In this document: positions 47,815-64,000 of the stretch, one piece after another
Position numbering within the stretch: the stretch's first letter is position 1
Layout of the letters: each line of letters begins with the position of its first letter
Translations under genes and position numbers: made by a program
NCBI GenBank assembly: GCA_964016885.1
Contig: OZ024740.1
Location: 263,500,001-263,564,000, forward strand
Direction of reading: 5' to 3'
From: Eledone cirrhosa
Lineage: Eukaryota
Length of the DNA stretch: 64,000 nt
The notes under the pieces: generated by a model
The model's database searches: none
Told to the model about the DNA's origin: nothing
The model's input: the letters and a program-made list of their open reading frames with translations, nothing else

Positions 47815-48676
47815 TGTGTGTATATACATCAGGGAGAAAGAGAAAGGGATTTAGTGAGAGAGAGAGAAAGGGACAGATATATAAATGAGGAAAGAAAGAG
47901 ACGAGTGTGTGAGAGATAAAGAAACCATAGTTTCGACATGTGAAACACAGAATCATTAAGATAATGCTTATGTTATTTAAATGTGTAAGAGCAGAAACAA
48001 GAATAACCAATAAAAATAAATCGAAGAAGGAAAGCCTGACGCATATAAACATACATGTATGTGTATATGACATACAAACATATTCATATATTTGTATATA
48101 TATATACACACACACACACATACACACACATATATATATATATGATGTGTGTGTGTGTGTGTATATATGACATACAAACATATTCATATATTTGTATATA
48201 TATTTATACACCCACACACACACATATATATGTGTGTGTGTGTATATATGACATACACGTATATACATATATTTGTATATATATATATATATATATACAA
48301 CCACACACACACATATATATATGTGTGTTTGTGTGTATATATGACATACAAACATATTCATATATTTGTATGTATATATATATATATATATATACAAATA
48401 TATGAATATGTTTGTATGTCATATATACACATACATGTATGTTTATATGCGTCAGGCTTTCCTTCTTCGATTTATTTTTATTGGTTATTCTTGTTTCTGC
48501 TCTTACACATTTAAAATAACATAAGCATTATCTTAATGATTCTGTGTTTCACATGTCGTAACAATGGTTTCTTTATCGCTCACACACTCGTCTCTTTCTT
48601 TCCTCATTTTATATATCTGTCCCTTTCTCTCTCACTAAATCCCTTTCTCTATTCTCCCTGATGTATATATACACAC
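47815..48676. repeat. Long inverted repeat, ~280-bp arms around ~290 bp of tandem subrepeats
   Basis: 47821-~48100 is the near-identical reverse complement of ~48390-48668; the spacer repeats gtatatatgacatacaaacatattcatatatttgtat. Confidence 0.9.
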
Positions 48677-49211
48677 TCATACACATACACACAGCCAAAC
48701 ATACATGCACGAGTGTGTATGTGTGTGTGTGTGTGTATGTGTATGTGTGTGTGTGTGTATGTATATGTGTATGTGTGTATGTGTGTGTGTTTACCTAGTT
48801 TTCATTATGGAAAGATTTCACAAGCAACACGGCAACAATAGTAAGAGTTCTTCACGATTACGACATCGGAGAATTATGTCCACAACACGCAGACTCACAC
48901 ACACACATATGTACACACTAACATAAACACACAATTAAAGAGGGAGAGAGAGAGGGGGATACATACACACAATCACACTGAGAGAAACACAAACACATAG
49001 ACAAACACATAGACAAACACATAGACAAACACAAACACGAGTGAACACATTCCTGATATTTACAAATCGAAAGGGGACATATTCAGCATAAATATTCAGC
49101 AAAATTGTATGCAAAGGGATATTGTAATACGTAAGTAACATTTCTAACATCCACATATTTATGTATTATTTTTCGAGCTAACAACAATATGAAAAATGAG
49201 AATAACAACAA

Positions 49212-49264
<53 letters not shown>

Positions 49265-49305
49265 TATATAACGGATATATATATATATATATATATAAAT
49301 AAACG

Positions 49306-49341
<36 letters not shown>

Positions 49342-49421
49342 ATATATATAAACGTATATATATATATATATAAAACTTATATATATGTATAAAAACATAT
49401 ATATAATATACGCATATGTAA

Positions 49422-49479
<58 letters not shown>

Positions 49480-49758
49480 ATATATATATATATTATATAT
49501 ATATAAACATATATATATATATATGTATATAAACATATATATATATATGTATATAAACATATATATATATATGTATATAAACATATATATATATGTATGT
49601 ATATAAACATATATTTATATGTATGTATATAAACATATATATATATATGTATGTATATAAACATATATATCTATGTATATAAACATATATATATATATAT
49701 ATATATAATACACATATATATAATATACACATATGTAAATATAAATATATGTGTAAAA

Positions 49759-49832
<74 letters not shown>

Positions 49833-49850
49833 TATATATATAAATATATG

Positions 49851-49882
<32 letters not shown>

Positions 49883-50169
49883 GGTATATCAATACATGCA
49901 CATACTCTCATATATTGAAGCACATTCACACATATGCATGCCTGTATTTGCACACACACACACACACATACATATAAATGTATATGTATATTCAAATATA
50001 TATGCATATGAATATATATATATATATATTTATATAAATATAGATATGTATGTATATATATATATATATATAGATACATATATATATATATATATAAATG
50101 TATATACATATACATATGTATATATATATTAAGTGTATATATATCTACATATATATATATCTACATATA

Positions 50170-50201
<32 letters not shown>

Positions 50202-50225
50202 CTTAAATACATATATATATATACT

Positions 50226-50278
<53 letters not shown>

Positions 50279-50838
50279 CATAGGCTCTCAGAAGCACTTC
50301 AGACAGAAATAGTCACTTCACTAATAGGCAAAATACGTACGTAATATTCTAGAGAAAATTTAGATAGTTTTACCTCGTTTGCTATGGATATGTAAAATTT
50401 CAACGCCGTTTATAGCAAGAGTAGTTAGAGATATGTGACCCTCCTATGTGCGTGTGTGTATAACATCCGTATAAGACTGAAAATGATATCAGTGCCGTAG
50501 GAACTGTTTCGAGGCTAGGGGGCGTGTGCATAGCCCCCTCCTTCTCTCCCTCCTCCTCCTTCTCAACATTGCCTCTTTCCTCTTCTCTCGCTTGCTCTAT
50601 GATGATTTCGTTCGACTAGGCATAATGCCAATTTTATAAGAGGGAGGGGTAAAGACGATCGAATCTTCTATCTCCCTCCATTGGCACATACACACACACT
50701 CACACCCAAGCAGTCTATCATATCGAAACAAATAGCACACTTCCCACCTCCCGTAGGGTTTAGATGAGGGAAGCAGTGAAGAAAGAAAGAAAGAAAGAAA
50801 GAAAGACGACGTCGACGACGACGACGACGACGACGACG

Positions 50839-50865
50839 AAGAAGAAGAAGAAGAAGAAGAAGAAG

Positions 50866-50897
<32 letters not shown>

Positions 50898-50918
50898 GAA
50901 GAAGAAGAAGAAGAAGAA
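50839..50918. repeat. (AAG)n repeat preceded by (AAAG)n and (GAC)n
   Basis: Direct inspection. Confidence 0.93.
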
Positions 50919-51122
50919 ATCTACAATTGATAATTGCTAGTCGGAATTGAACTCGAGAATATTAATAAGACGTCATGAACCTAAACTAACTTTTAAACTG
51001 TTTTCTATAATGCTTGATACTACGATACTATGAGTGGCTGCACGCACCACTTTACCCCAGTACTAATATCTACCCATGTATTTCACATCTCTTATTATTT
51101 CTAATATTTTTAACTTTTATGC

Positions 51123-51322
51123 NNNNNNNNNNNNNNNNNNNNNNNNNNNNNNNNNNNNNNNNNNNNNNNNNNNNNNNNNNNNNNNNNNNNNNNNNNNNNN
51201 NNNNNNNNNNNNNNNNNNNNNNNNNNNNNNNNNNNNNNNNNNNNNNNNNNNNNNNNNNNNNNNNNNNNNNNNNNNNNNNNNNNNNNNNNNNNNNNNNNNN
51301 NNNNNNNNNNNNNNNNNNNNNN
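51123..51322. other. Assembly gap (200 N)
   Basis: Exactly 200 N, a fixed-size scaffolding gap; true distance unknown. Confidence 0.99.
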
Positions 51323-51894
51323 CAAGTGTAAACATAAGCCCACTCCCCACCACACACGCATATGCACTCACACATGCACTCACACACAAACAGAAATTCC
51401 ATCCAGCAAAATCCGCCAATAATGAATACTTTAAACCAAGGTATAATAAACGTTGCTTGTCCAGGCTGCAGTTTGATGATATCGAAACCAGAATCCCGTG
51501 GCTGTGTTGCGAGGCAAACTAAATAATCGAAGAAGCGTACTCGCATTAATTTCTCATTTCGTTTAAACCTATGTTTAGTTTTGTTGGTTATTTGCAAAAA
51601 CGCAATCTCTGTTGCTACGTGAAAATCTAATTAAATTTATTAATATAAAATAAGATTAAAGAAAAGAAAGAAAGAAATAGATATAAAAATGTTTAGATAA
51701 TAGTTAATTCTCTTATAGGTTCAGGCATTTTACTGTGGCATGTTGGGGTATCCCCACGGTCCCCAGTACTTCTTTTACAAAATCTTTTTTTATTTTGTCG
51801 TTCTCTGTTTATCAAACAGCTATGTCACGTATGAGAACACGTAAACACAGTCCCAAATATACAGAAATATATCTGTCATATATATTTATATATG

Positions 51895-51946
<52 letters not shown>

Positions 51947-52824
51947 ATGTGTGTGTGTGTGTATGTGTCTGTGTGTGTGCATTATATATATGTGTGTGTG
52001 TTTGTGTGTGAATGTGTATGTGTGTGTGCATGTGTGACTGTGTGTGTGTTTGTGAGAGTGTACAATGAGCTTCCTCACACGCATTCACTACATTTCACTT
52101 ACGAGGCATTGGTTAACTGGAGGCTATGGGAGTTGACCAGGACTGGACTTTCCTCTGTTGAGGCCCTTCACTATTTAAAATTTGAGGCCCTCCGCAAAAA
52201 TAATTCGAATAAAAATATTGAAAATAATTATACATCATTAGCATTTCTCTATTAATATTAATGATAAAATCTAAATAATATATATATAATTTTTAATGAT
52301 TTAAAGTTAAGGAATAAACAAATAAATATTACCGATAAAATAAAACTATAGTTAAAAAAAAGGACACCGAGGGAGTACGGCCCCAAGCTATCAGCTTATA
52401 GGTAACTCCATCACTGTAGATGTCACATGCCTATAGTAACAAGCAATACGACTGAAACCGAAATCACGTGTTTTGAAGGCAACAAACTAACTCGACAACC
52501 ATATATTTCACGTAGAATATTATGAAAATAAATGTATAAGCTTGTTTGTCATTTCCACGAGCAATTAGTATGTGAATACGCTTCATCACCATCCTCATCA
52601 CTATCATGTCATGTTGTTGGAATTGTTGTTGGTAATGTGGTAGTGGTTGTTGTTGTTATTATTATTGTTATAGTGGTTAGGTATGGAGTTAATGAATAAA
52701 GTGTTAAATATATTCATTAGATACTATTTGTCATTGTATCACTATGTCAAATATATAACAGAGATTATCAAACTGACGAAATAAAAAGCACACACAAGCA
52801 CACATATACACACACTGACACACA

Positions 52825-52875
<51 letters not shown>

Positions 52876-52923
52876 GTATATATATATACTTATATATACA
52901 CGTATATACATATAAATATATAT

Positions 52924-52955
<32 letters not shown>

Positions 52956-53023
52956 GTATAGATGTGTATATATAGGTAATACATGTAAATATATATACTT
53001 ATATATATATATATATATATATA

Positions 53024-53325
<302 letters not shown>

Positions 53326-53660
53326 GTATATTTACACATCCATCCAGCGGGCTTTAGTAGTGTTTGGAAACCATTAGCTAAGATTGTCATATTGTCATAT
53401 CCTGGAAACAGACACACGTACATATTTCGATTTGTAAATATACAACTACAGACAGTATGTCAATGTTATATATGTTTATGTACATGCATTCACTCCTCCG
53501 CACACAGACATACGTATGCATATATGTATATATTTTACATGTATATATATTGTATATATTATCTAATTATCTCTCTCTATATATATATATACATATATAT
53601 TATTTCATATATATATATATGTCTTATATATATATATATATTATATATATATATGTGTAT

Positions 53661-53835
53661 ACTTAATACATTAACAGAGAAAGCTTTTAGCGATACTCAG
53701 ACCAACTCCATCTCACTCAACAAACATTAGGATATACCTGAGTATAATCCCCATTATGCGTTCGGGGTGGTAACTATATTGTATTTCGTGGATAGTTGGC
53801 TGTGTTATTTCATATGGGACATAATTAAATAAATC
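53661..53835. mobile_element. (TA)n-embedded interspersed repeat, family B, copy 2 (opposite orientation)
   Basis: Matches 24543-24725 in reverse; both copies are flanked by TA runs. Confidence 0.8.
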
Positions 53836-53927
53836 TCTCTTTTATATATATATATGTATATATATATATGTATATGTATATATATATATGTATACATATA
53901 TGTATATGTATATATATATATGTATAC

Positions 53928-53961
<34 letters not shown>

Positions 53962-53962
53962 G

Positions 53963-54037
<75 letters not shown>

Positions 54038-54267
54038 GGAGGATATATAACCCTGGATTAACCACTAAGGAACGAAAACAGGCGTTTTGGTGGGTCTTAA
54101 CATTGCCTCATGTACTATTATTAAATGGTATATGGGAATGATCGCGCAACAAATTAAGGTTTCACAAAAAAATAAATAAATAAAAATAAATAAATAAATA
54201 AATCGTGGAACATCTCACATATAAAATCAACAAAAAGAATATTGAAAATAAAGTACTTTTATTTTGC

Positions 54268-54630
54268 GGCATGTAGTTACTGCCTTTTACGTTCTGAGTT
54301 CAAATCCAATCGAGGTTAGATTTTCTTTTCTTCCCCATAGAGGTCGATAAAAGAAGGTGCCAGTAACGCACTGGGGTCGATTTAATCGACTTTACCCCCT
54401 CCCAGAATTGCTAGAATATTGCCTATAGTAGAGATAGTAATAATTGTTTCTACTTTAGGCACAAGGCCAGCAATTACTCAGTTCATTACTGGTACTTTAT
54501 TTTATCGACCCCGTAAGGATGAAGGGCAAAGTTAACCTCGGCGGGATTTGAACTCAGATCGTAAAGGGACGTAACTATGCTGGAAAGCATGGCGTCCGAC
54601 CCTCTACCGATACTGCCAATCCACCGCCCT
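54268..54630. mobile_element. Older + strand SINE (~54268-54432) with a young full-length - strand SINE (54443-54630) inserted in its tail
   Basis: TSD atagtaataat at 54434-44 and 54631-41. Confidence 0.9.
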
Positions 54631-55831
54631 ATAGTAATAATAATAATAATTATCATTATTGTTCAAGCGGTAATGATATATTCGAAATATGTGAATAGAA
54701 CAAAATTAGAATCTGGTAAACTCTATACGGAACAACCCCAGTGAGTCGCTTTCCTATGAGTCAGTGACAGTTGTGTGGTTGTCACTACCACAAAATATAT
54801 TTGATGATCATTGTATCGATTTATATAAGGAGTGTTGTAAATTATTGAGCATAGGATTTTTTTGATTTTTTTAGGTTACATGAGCAAATCATTTATGAGT
54901 AACATTAATGACAAAGCAACACAAAATTTGATATGTAATATATTATTTATTTATTTATGTTCATACACGGAACAAAAGGGCTAACTAAGATTTCAAGGGC
55001 CAATATTCACCATATCTCCAGAATGTAAGTGTGATTAAAGCTGTGACTTATTTCCAGGCGCCGTTTATACATACCTACACCCACACACCGACCCCCCCCC
55101 CCCCACACACATATATATACATATATATATATATATACATATGTATGTGTAAGTTTGTGTGTTTCTGTTTATCGATATGTGTGTATGTAAAAACATAATT
55201 ATTATGCGCAGGTCATTTAATTCGTTTACTCTTATAGTGTTTTGAAACATGACAGAAGTTTAATTTGACGTGTTATATAATCTGCATTTCTCATTAGATG
55301 ATTAATTTACATTAAATAATTAAAGCTTGAATAAGAATTGTTGTGTTTGAGAAGTATGATTTGTTTTTCATATTTACATTATTTTACATAACAAAACAAA
55401 GAGGCAGATATTTTAAATACATAAACACGCACAACTACTAAGGAGAAAGTCCAGTGAAAATCGATTAAATTGAATGTGCTACAAGCACAAGTTGGCTTAC
55501 AAATCTCACTTGAAACATTAAAAAACCCAACATGATATCTGTGTGTCAAAGCATGCTGGTTACCAACCTGTCTACTAGATATCGAAGCAGATTTGTATCC
55601 TAGAATACAAATATATATACATGTGTATCTTTTAACCAGTTAGTTCTTTCGTTACTTTGGTATTGTGTGGTTGGGTTTTGCCTACAGCAATGTTCAATTT
55701 GTCAAGCTTTTTAAACGTATGTTATTACTCTAAGGACCTACCCTGATTGAGTGCTTTGCTAACTCATTCCTATTGTAGGTCGACTTTGCTTGCCCACAGC
55801 CAAAGCTTCGATTTTACTAAGCTTCCACTTG

Positions 55832-55881
<50 letters not shown>

Positions 55882-55921
55882 AATATATATATAGATGAAC
55901 ACACAGACACACACACACACT

Positions 55922-56029
<108 letters not shown>

Positions 56030-56052
56030 TATACATACACACATACACACAT

Positions 56053-56108
<56 letters not shown>

Positions 56109-56117
56109 GTATAAATT

Positions 56118-56159
<42 letters not shown>

Positions 56160-56246
56160 AAAGAGGATAAGGGGAGTTTCACTCTGTAAATTCCTACTCA
56201 CTTCTTGCCTCTTTTTCTGGTTTGTACTTTATTTAACACACACACA

Positions 56247-56330
<84 letters not shown>

Positions 56331-56666
56331 TATATATACATATCATTCATACACACATTTAGAGGAGTGTCTTAATGCATTAGTATAAATATCAAGTATT
56401 TAAAATATTTTACACATCATCTCTTGTCAATTACATCACATATACTTAGTTGCGTATGTGTAAGTGTGTGCGTTACTGTCTCCACGCATCACTGTATATG
56501 TTTTACACACACACACACATATAAATATATATATATATATATAGAGAGAGAGAAATATATATATATATATGTATGTATAACTATATATATATATATATAT
56601 ATGTATGTATAACTATATATATATATTTATATATATATATATTTATATATATTTATATATATATAT

Positions 56667-56713
<47 letters not shown>

Positions 56714-56727
56714 CATAACTATATATA

Positions 56728-56804
<77 letters not shown>

Positions 56805-56854
56805 CCTTATCGAGCCCTCTTTGGATTTTAGTCTTGAAATAAATTATTATTACT

Positions 56855-56924
56855 GGCAGCGATAATGAGGGACAAGGACCGCTGGAGAGAGCTCCTCCAT
56901 GGATCTCGGAAATTTACCTGCCTT

Positions 56925-56930
<6 letters not shown>
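56855..56930 (+). mobile_element. Short RTE-type LINE 3'-end fragment
   Basis: Translates AAIMRDKDRWRELLHGSR, resembling the MxDRxxWRxxV end of RTE ORFs. Confidence 0.45.
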
Positions 56931-56960
<30 letters not shown>

Positions 56961-56963
<3 letters not shown>

Positions 56964-57162
56964 ATAGGATCAAGTAAGACCCCGACGGCTGAGCTCAAGC
57001 CGTTTCGACGGCTAATTCTGGACTGAGTCCAGAATTAGCCGTCGAAACGGCTTGAGCTCAGCTGTCGGGGTCTTACTGGTTCCTATTACCCACTCTACTA
57101 CCTCAAGTATTGAGTACTTTGGTGCGTTATGTTCCGCCTGGTTCCTTACCACATTTCCTTCG
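56961..57162 (+). mobile_element. Family A copy 4: inverted arm + forward body and tail
   Basis: Palindrome centred on ctggactgagtccag (~57025), then tail ending ttccttcg. Confidence 0.9.
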
Positions 57163-57185
57163 TTATATGTATATGTATATATATG

Positions 57186-57371
<186 letters not shown>

Positions 57372-57424
57372 TAAATAAATATATATAAATTATACATGCA
57401 TATATATATATATATATTTATATA

Positions 57425-57468
<44 letters not shown>

Positions 57469-57484
57469 TATTTATATATATATA

Positions 57485-57535
<51 letters not shown>

Positions 57536-57548
57536 TTATATATATATA

Positions 57549-57709
<161 letters not shown>

Positions 57710-57986
57710 TTATATATATATATATATATAAATGAAATAACACGAGGCTAGACTGGTGTAAATCCTTGAAAGGTTTATTATACAATGATCAATTCAATGA
57801 CCGGGTTCCATATGAATCCGGTCACAATATTACACCAAGATTGACCATACGGAATGACCTGTTCTATCCAGTGGTGAACCAACAAACCTTAGGATTACAT
57901 ATATACAGTTATACATACATATATATATAGAAATATATACACATATATACATATATATATATATATATATGTTTATAACTATATAC

Positions 57987-58102
<116 letters not shown>

Positions 58103-58168
58103 GTATATATATATACATATATATGTAAATATATACATGTATATATATATATATACATATATACATAC

Positions 58169-58241
<73 letters not shown>

Positions 58242-58395
58242 AATATATTGAAATATATATATATATATATATATATTTCAATATATTTATATATATATAT
58301 ATATATTTATACATATTTAAATATATATATATATATATATAAATATATTTATTTATATATATACATGTACATGCATATATATGTATATTTATATG

Positions 58396-58690
<295 letters not shown>

Positions 58691-58726
58691 TATATATATA
58701 TAGGCAACATGACTCTCCCAAAGCAT

Positions 58727-58793
<67 letters not shown>

Positions 58794-58859
58794 AATATAT
58801 ATGCATATTATATGTGTGAGTGTGCTTCCTTAAATATCTACAACGAATATATATTAAGC

Positions 58860-59100
58860 TGGGAGATGAAAAACATACGTATGGCTGGGAGATAAGGGTG
58901 CTTGCCATTGGGGATTGGATGTCGAATATTGTAGCCATAAACCTTGGGCACCTCACGGGTAACTAGGCATTACGAGTGCAACCACGAAACGACCCACCAA
59001 TAACAACATCCAATCACTAGATTAAGAGAAGTATCATTTTTGATCTGTAGTTTCTAAGACAGCCATATGGGCAATGCCTTAGAGATTATTAAGAACCCTT
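58860..59100 (+). mobile_element. Possible decayed REL-endonuclease (HERO-like) LINE C-terminal fragment
   Basis: Frameshifted GWEIRVLAI / IGCR / VAINLGHL / LGI resembles GWxxxxxPVEVGCRGFVxxSxxxLLxxLG. Confidence 0.4.
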
Positions 59101-59213
59101 TACTCACTGAATGCGGGTGTGTGTTTCACACACAAAAACGCCACTGACACTTGGGTATATTGAGATCTTGCATACGTCGTTCAATGTAGAACATATATAC
59201 ATAGATCTAAACA

Positions 59214-59426
<213 letters not shown>

Positions 59427-59479
59427 TATATATTTATATATATATATGTATATCTATATACATATATATATATAAAAGC

Positions 59480-59531
<52 letters not shown>

Positions 59532-59536
59532 ATGTA

Positions 59537-59568
<32 letters not shown>

Positions 59569-59572
59569 AACA

Positions 59573-59639
<67 letters not shown>

Positions 59640-59680
59640 CTACGTGTATGTATATATATATATACATGTTTATATATATA

Positions 59681-59765
<85 letters not shown>

Positions 59766-59796
59766 ATATATATACGTATATGTTTATATATATATA

Positions 59797-59843
<47 letters not shown>

Positions 59844-59888
59844 GTATATATATATATATACATATATGCTTATATATATATATAAATG

Positions 59889-59924
<36 letters not shown>

Positions 59925-60018
59925 CACATATATATAAATATATATATATATATATACATACACGTAGTAATATATGTATATATATATATATATATGTATG
60001 TATATATATATGTATATA

Positions 60019-60060
<42 letters not shown>

Positions 60061-60094
60061 TATCTATATATATTTATATGTATATATATATATA

Positions 60095-60210
60095 GTAATA
60101 GTAATAAATGTGAAGACTAAAATCCAAAGAGGCTCGATAAGGATAAATATATATCAGATATATAAGAATCGTAGAGCAAATATTTATTAAACTTGAATCT
60201 ATTATTTTAA
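60095..60210 (+). mobile_element. (TA)n-embedded repeat family C (other copies ~25962-26046 -, ~26333-26420 +, 56801-56853 -)
   Basis: Shared aataaatgtgaagactaaaatccaaagaggctcgataaggataaa. Confidence 0.75.
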
Positions 60211-60222
60211 TAAATATATATA

Positions 60223-60267
60223 TCATCATCATCATCGTTTAACGTCCATTTTCCAGGCTAGCATGGG

Positions 60268-60269
<2 letters not shown>
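60223..60269 (-). mobile_element. Short LINE-type 3' end with (ATG)n tail
   Basis: catcatcatcatcatcgtttaacgtccattttccaggctagcatgggtt resembles, from memory, an abundant octopus retroelement 3' end. Confidence 0.45.
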
Positions 60270-60329
<60 letters not shown>

Positions 60330-60439
60330 TTATTTATTTCTGCTCACACACACACATATATATATATATATGTGAGTATATATAAATGTCTGTATATATA
60401 TATACATATATAAATGTATATATAAATATATATATATAT

Positions 60440-60502
<63 letters not shown>

Positions 60503-60598
60503 TATATTGTATATGTAGATATAATTCTATATGTATATAGATATGTATATATCGAAGTATACATAGGTGAATATACACACACATTTATATTAGTATAT

Positions 60599-60633
<35 letters not shown>

Positions 60634-60825
60634 ATTATTACAATATATTATATATATATATTATTTTCACGATATATATATATATATACCCACACACACA
60701 CATGAATACACTCACACACACACACACAAATACATATATATATATATACATACATTGGGTTGTAACATAAATTCCCGCCGTTTTTAAAGGAGTATTATAA
60801 CAACGGCGGGAATATATATTCCCAT

Positions 60826-60877
<52 letters not shown>

Positions 60878-60913
60878 CGTATATATATATAATATATATA
60901 CGTATATATATAC

Positions 60914-60959
<46 letters not shown>

Positions 60960-61036
60960 GTATATATACATATATACATATATATATATATATATGAATG
61001 TATATATGGTGTATTTTGCAATACAGAGCACCAATA

Positions 61037-61078
<42 letters not shown>

Positions 61079-61437
61079 TGCGTGTGTATGCCTGTGTGTA
61101 CGTGAATGTATGTGTGCATGTATATATATATATATATATATATATACATAGATTTCAGTAACATATGTATAAACCACATTGTTTCATATTTTATTCATAA
61201 CTAATTTAGATTCGCACAATTATACTCCTCAAAGATGAGACAGAAAAATATAATTATCTTGTTGAATACATATTCTATGATGCAGGTGTATTCATATATA
61301 TATGTAATATATGTTTATACGTCATCTACGACATCGATTCCGATCCATTCCCTACCGATACACACACACACACACATACACACACACATATATATATATG
61401 TATATATACATGCATATGTATATATCTATATATCTAT

Positions 61438-61499
<62 letters not shown>

Positions 61500-61500
61500 G

Positions 61501-61742
<242 letters not shown>

Positions 61743-61755
61743 TATGTATATCTAA

Positions 61756-61813
<58 letters not shown>

Positions 61814-61851
61814 GTATATATATATGTATATATATATATATATATATATAA

Positions 61852-61901
<50 letters not shown>

Positions 61902-61914
61902 GTATATATATATG

Positions 61915-61989
<75 letters not shown>

Positions 61990-61998
61990 GTATATATG

Positions 61999-62197
<199 letters not shown>

Positions 62198-62198
62198 G

Positions 62199-62345
<147 letters not shown>

Positions 62346-62363
62346 GTGTATATGTATATATAT

Positions 62364-62396
<33 letters not shown>

Positions 62397-62397
62397 C

Positions 62398-62488
<91 letters not shown>

Positions 62489-62490
62489 TG

Positions 62491-62591
<101 letters not shown>

Positions 62592-62784
62592 ATGTATTAT
62601 GATGTATGATGTATGAACATGTATATATATACATGTATATTAATATTCATAGCTATATATATATATATGCGTGTGTGTGCGTGTGTGTGCATGTATATAT
62701 GTATATGTGTATATATGATATATGATGTATAAACAATTATATATATATATATATATATAAATATATATACATATTTATGTATGG

Positions 62785-62834
<50 letters not shown>

Positions 62835-62846
62835 TTATGTATGGAA

Positions 62847-62911
<65 letters not shown>

Positions 62912-63218
62912 TATAAATATACACTTATTTACATATATACACTCTTACATTCGTACATGCACATATTTATATGTGTGTTTGTGGCTGTGTATACTGATAA
63001 TTAATATATTCTATGTTGTATACAATATTATAGATATTGCTTTACAATGCGTTACATATACATTCATATAGGACCTCACTCATACATACAAAGACATATT
63101 CAGACAGATACGCTTATATATTCATAAGATTGGGTTGGTGTGTGAGTGTTAATGTGTGTTTATGTTTGACATAGATTTTTGATCTAACATAGTATAATAC
63201 TGTGAGTGGAGATGATTA

Positions 63219-63715
63219 TTTCTTCTTCTTCTTCTTCTTCTTCTTCTTCTTCTTCTTCTTCTTCTTCTTCTTCTTCTTCTTCTTCTTCTTCTTCTTCTTC
63301 TTCTTCTTCTTCTTCTTCTTCTTCTTCTTCTTCTTCTTCTTCTTCTTCTTCTTCTTCTCTGTCCACTTATTCCTGCGAGAATCTTGACAGCAGAGTTCTC
63401 AAATCTCCTAACGGCTCCTGTAAGAATTAACCGTTTCTAACTGATTCGGCTGGATCCCCAAGCGAGATCATATATTATCCAACCATATTGTTTCGGGTCT
63501 ACTCCTGGGTTTCCTCTTGTTGTTGTTGTCCGCAAAATCCGTCTAGCAATTCTTTCCTGGGACAGTTCAACCAGAATCAAAAGTATCGGAGCTGTGATTT
63601 CTCAATATTTGTGTGTATAATTTTGATATATTACAGGTTCGCCCAAGATTGCTATTTATGCAACACACCTCTGATCAAGTACATTCCAGTCTTATCCATT
63701 CAATATTAGAAACTT
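63219..63715 (-). mobile_element. RTE/RTE-X (Expander-like) LINE 3' fragment with an expanded (GAA)n tail
   Basis: Minus-strand pieces IEKSQLRYF, QERIARRIL, KRKPRSRPETIWLDNIYDLAW and GIQPNQLE match IERSQLRWFGH..RPRGRPRTRWxDYIxxLAW; (TTC)n at 63219-63357 is the tail. Confidence 0.72.
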
Positions 63716-63944
63716 ATCTTTGGCCATATTAACTTATATATTTTCTCTGTTATTTATTTATTTATTTAGGTATTATTTTACTTCTGTTTTATATAATTTA
63801 ATGGCCTATAATGATATGTATGTCTTACAAGGTGTTCATATAAGGATATATACTAATGTATACGTATATGTGGTGATGTGCATCCATGCGCATGAATGCT
63901 CATATATGTTCGTTTGTTTTATATATATTTAAATACACACACAC

Positions 63945-64000
<56 letters not shown>

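Noticed and set aside
51014-51597. ORFs spanning the N gap
   Set aside because: Artefacts of translating Ns.

Overview
Eukaryotic, extremely AT- and microsatellite-rich DNA. The SINE family and the (TA)n/(CA)n landscape suggest an octopod cephalopod (inference). Almost all ORFs in the supplied track are translation artefacts of dinucleotide repeats. The only host coding sequence I can support belongs to a minus-strand KCTD1/KCTD15 (Tiwaz-like) BTB/POZ gene. It has a 2.27-kb low-complexity exon (20347->18079) that ends in the first strands of the BTB domain. A second, short copy of that BTB-start module (16591->16503) is missing from the ORF track; it has its own ATGs, the same phase-2 GTAAG donor and near-saturated synonymous divergence, so it looks like a conserved alternative first or mutually exclusive exon. 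I did not find the rest of the BTB domain in the window. The remainder is non-coding. It holds about 16 copies of a tRNA-derived SINE (several with target-site duplications), decayed RTE/RTE-X and possibly HERO-like LINE fragments, minisatellites and one 200-N gap. It also holds several families of short (TA)n-embedded elements with Penelope-like architecture (inverted tail-less copy + tailed copy) that carry intact or decayed type I hammerhead ribozyme motifs, three of them sharing a GTATTGAGTAC tail motif. All calls were made by eye; no searches were run.
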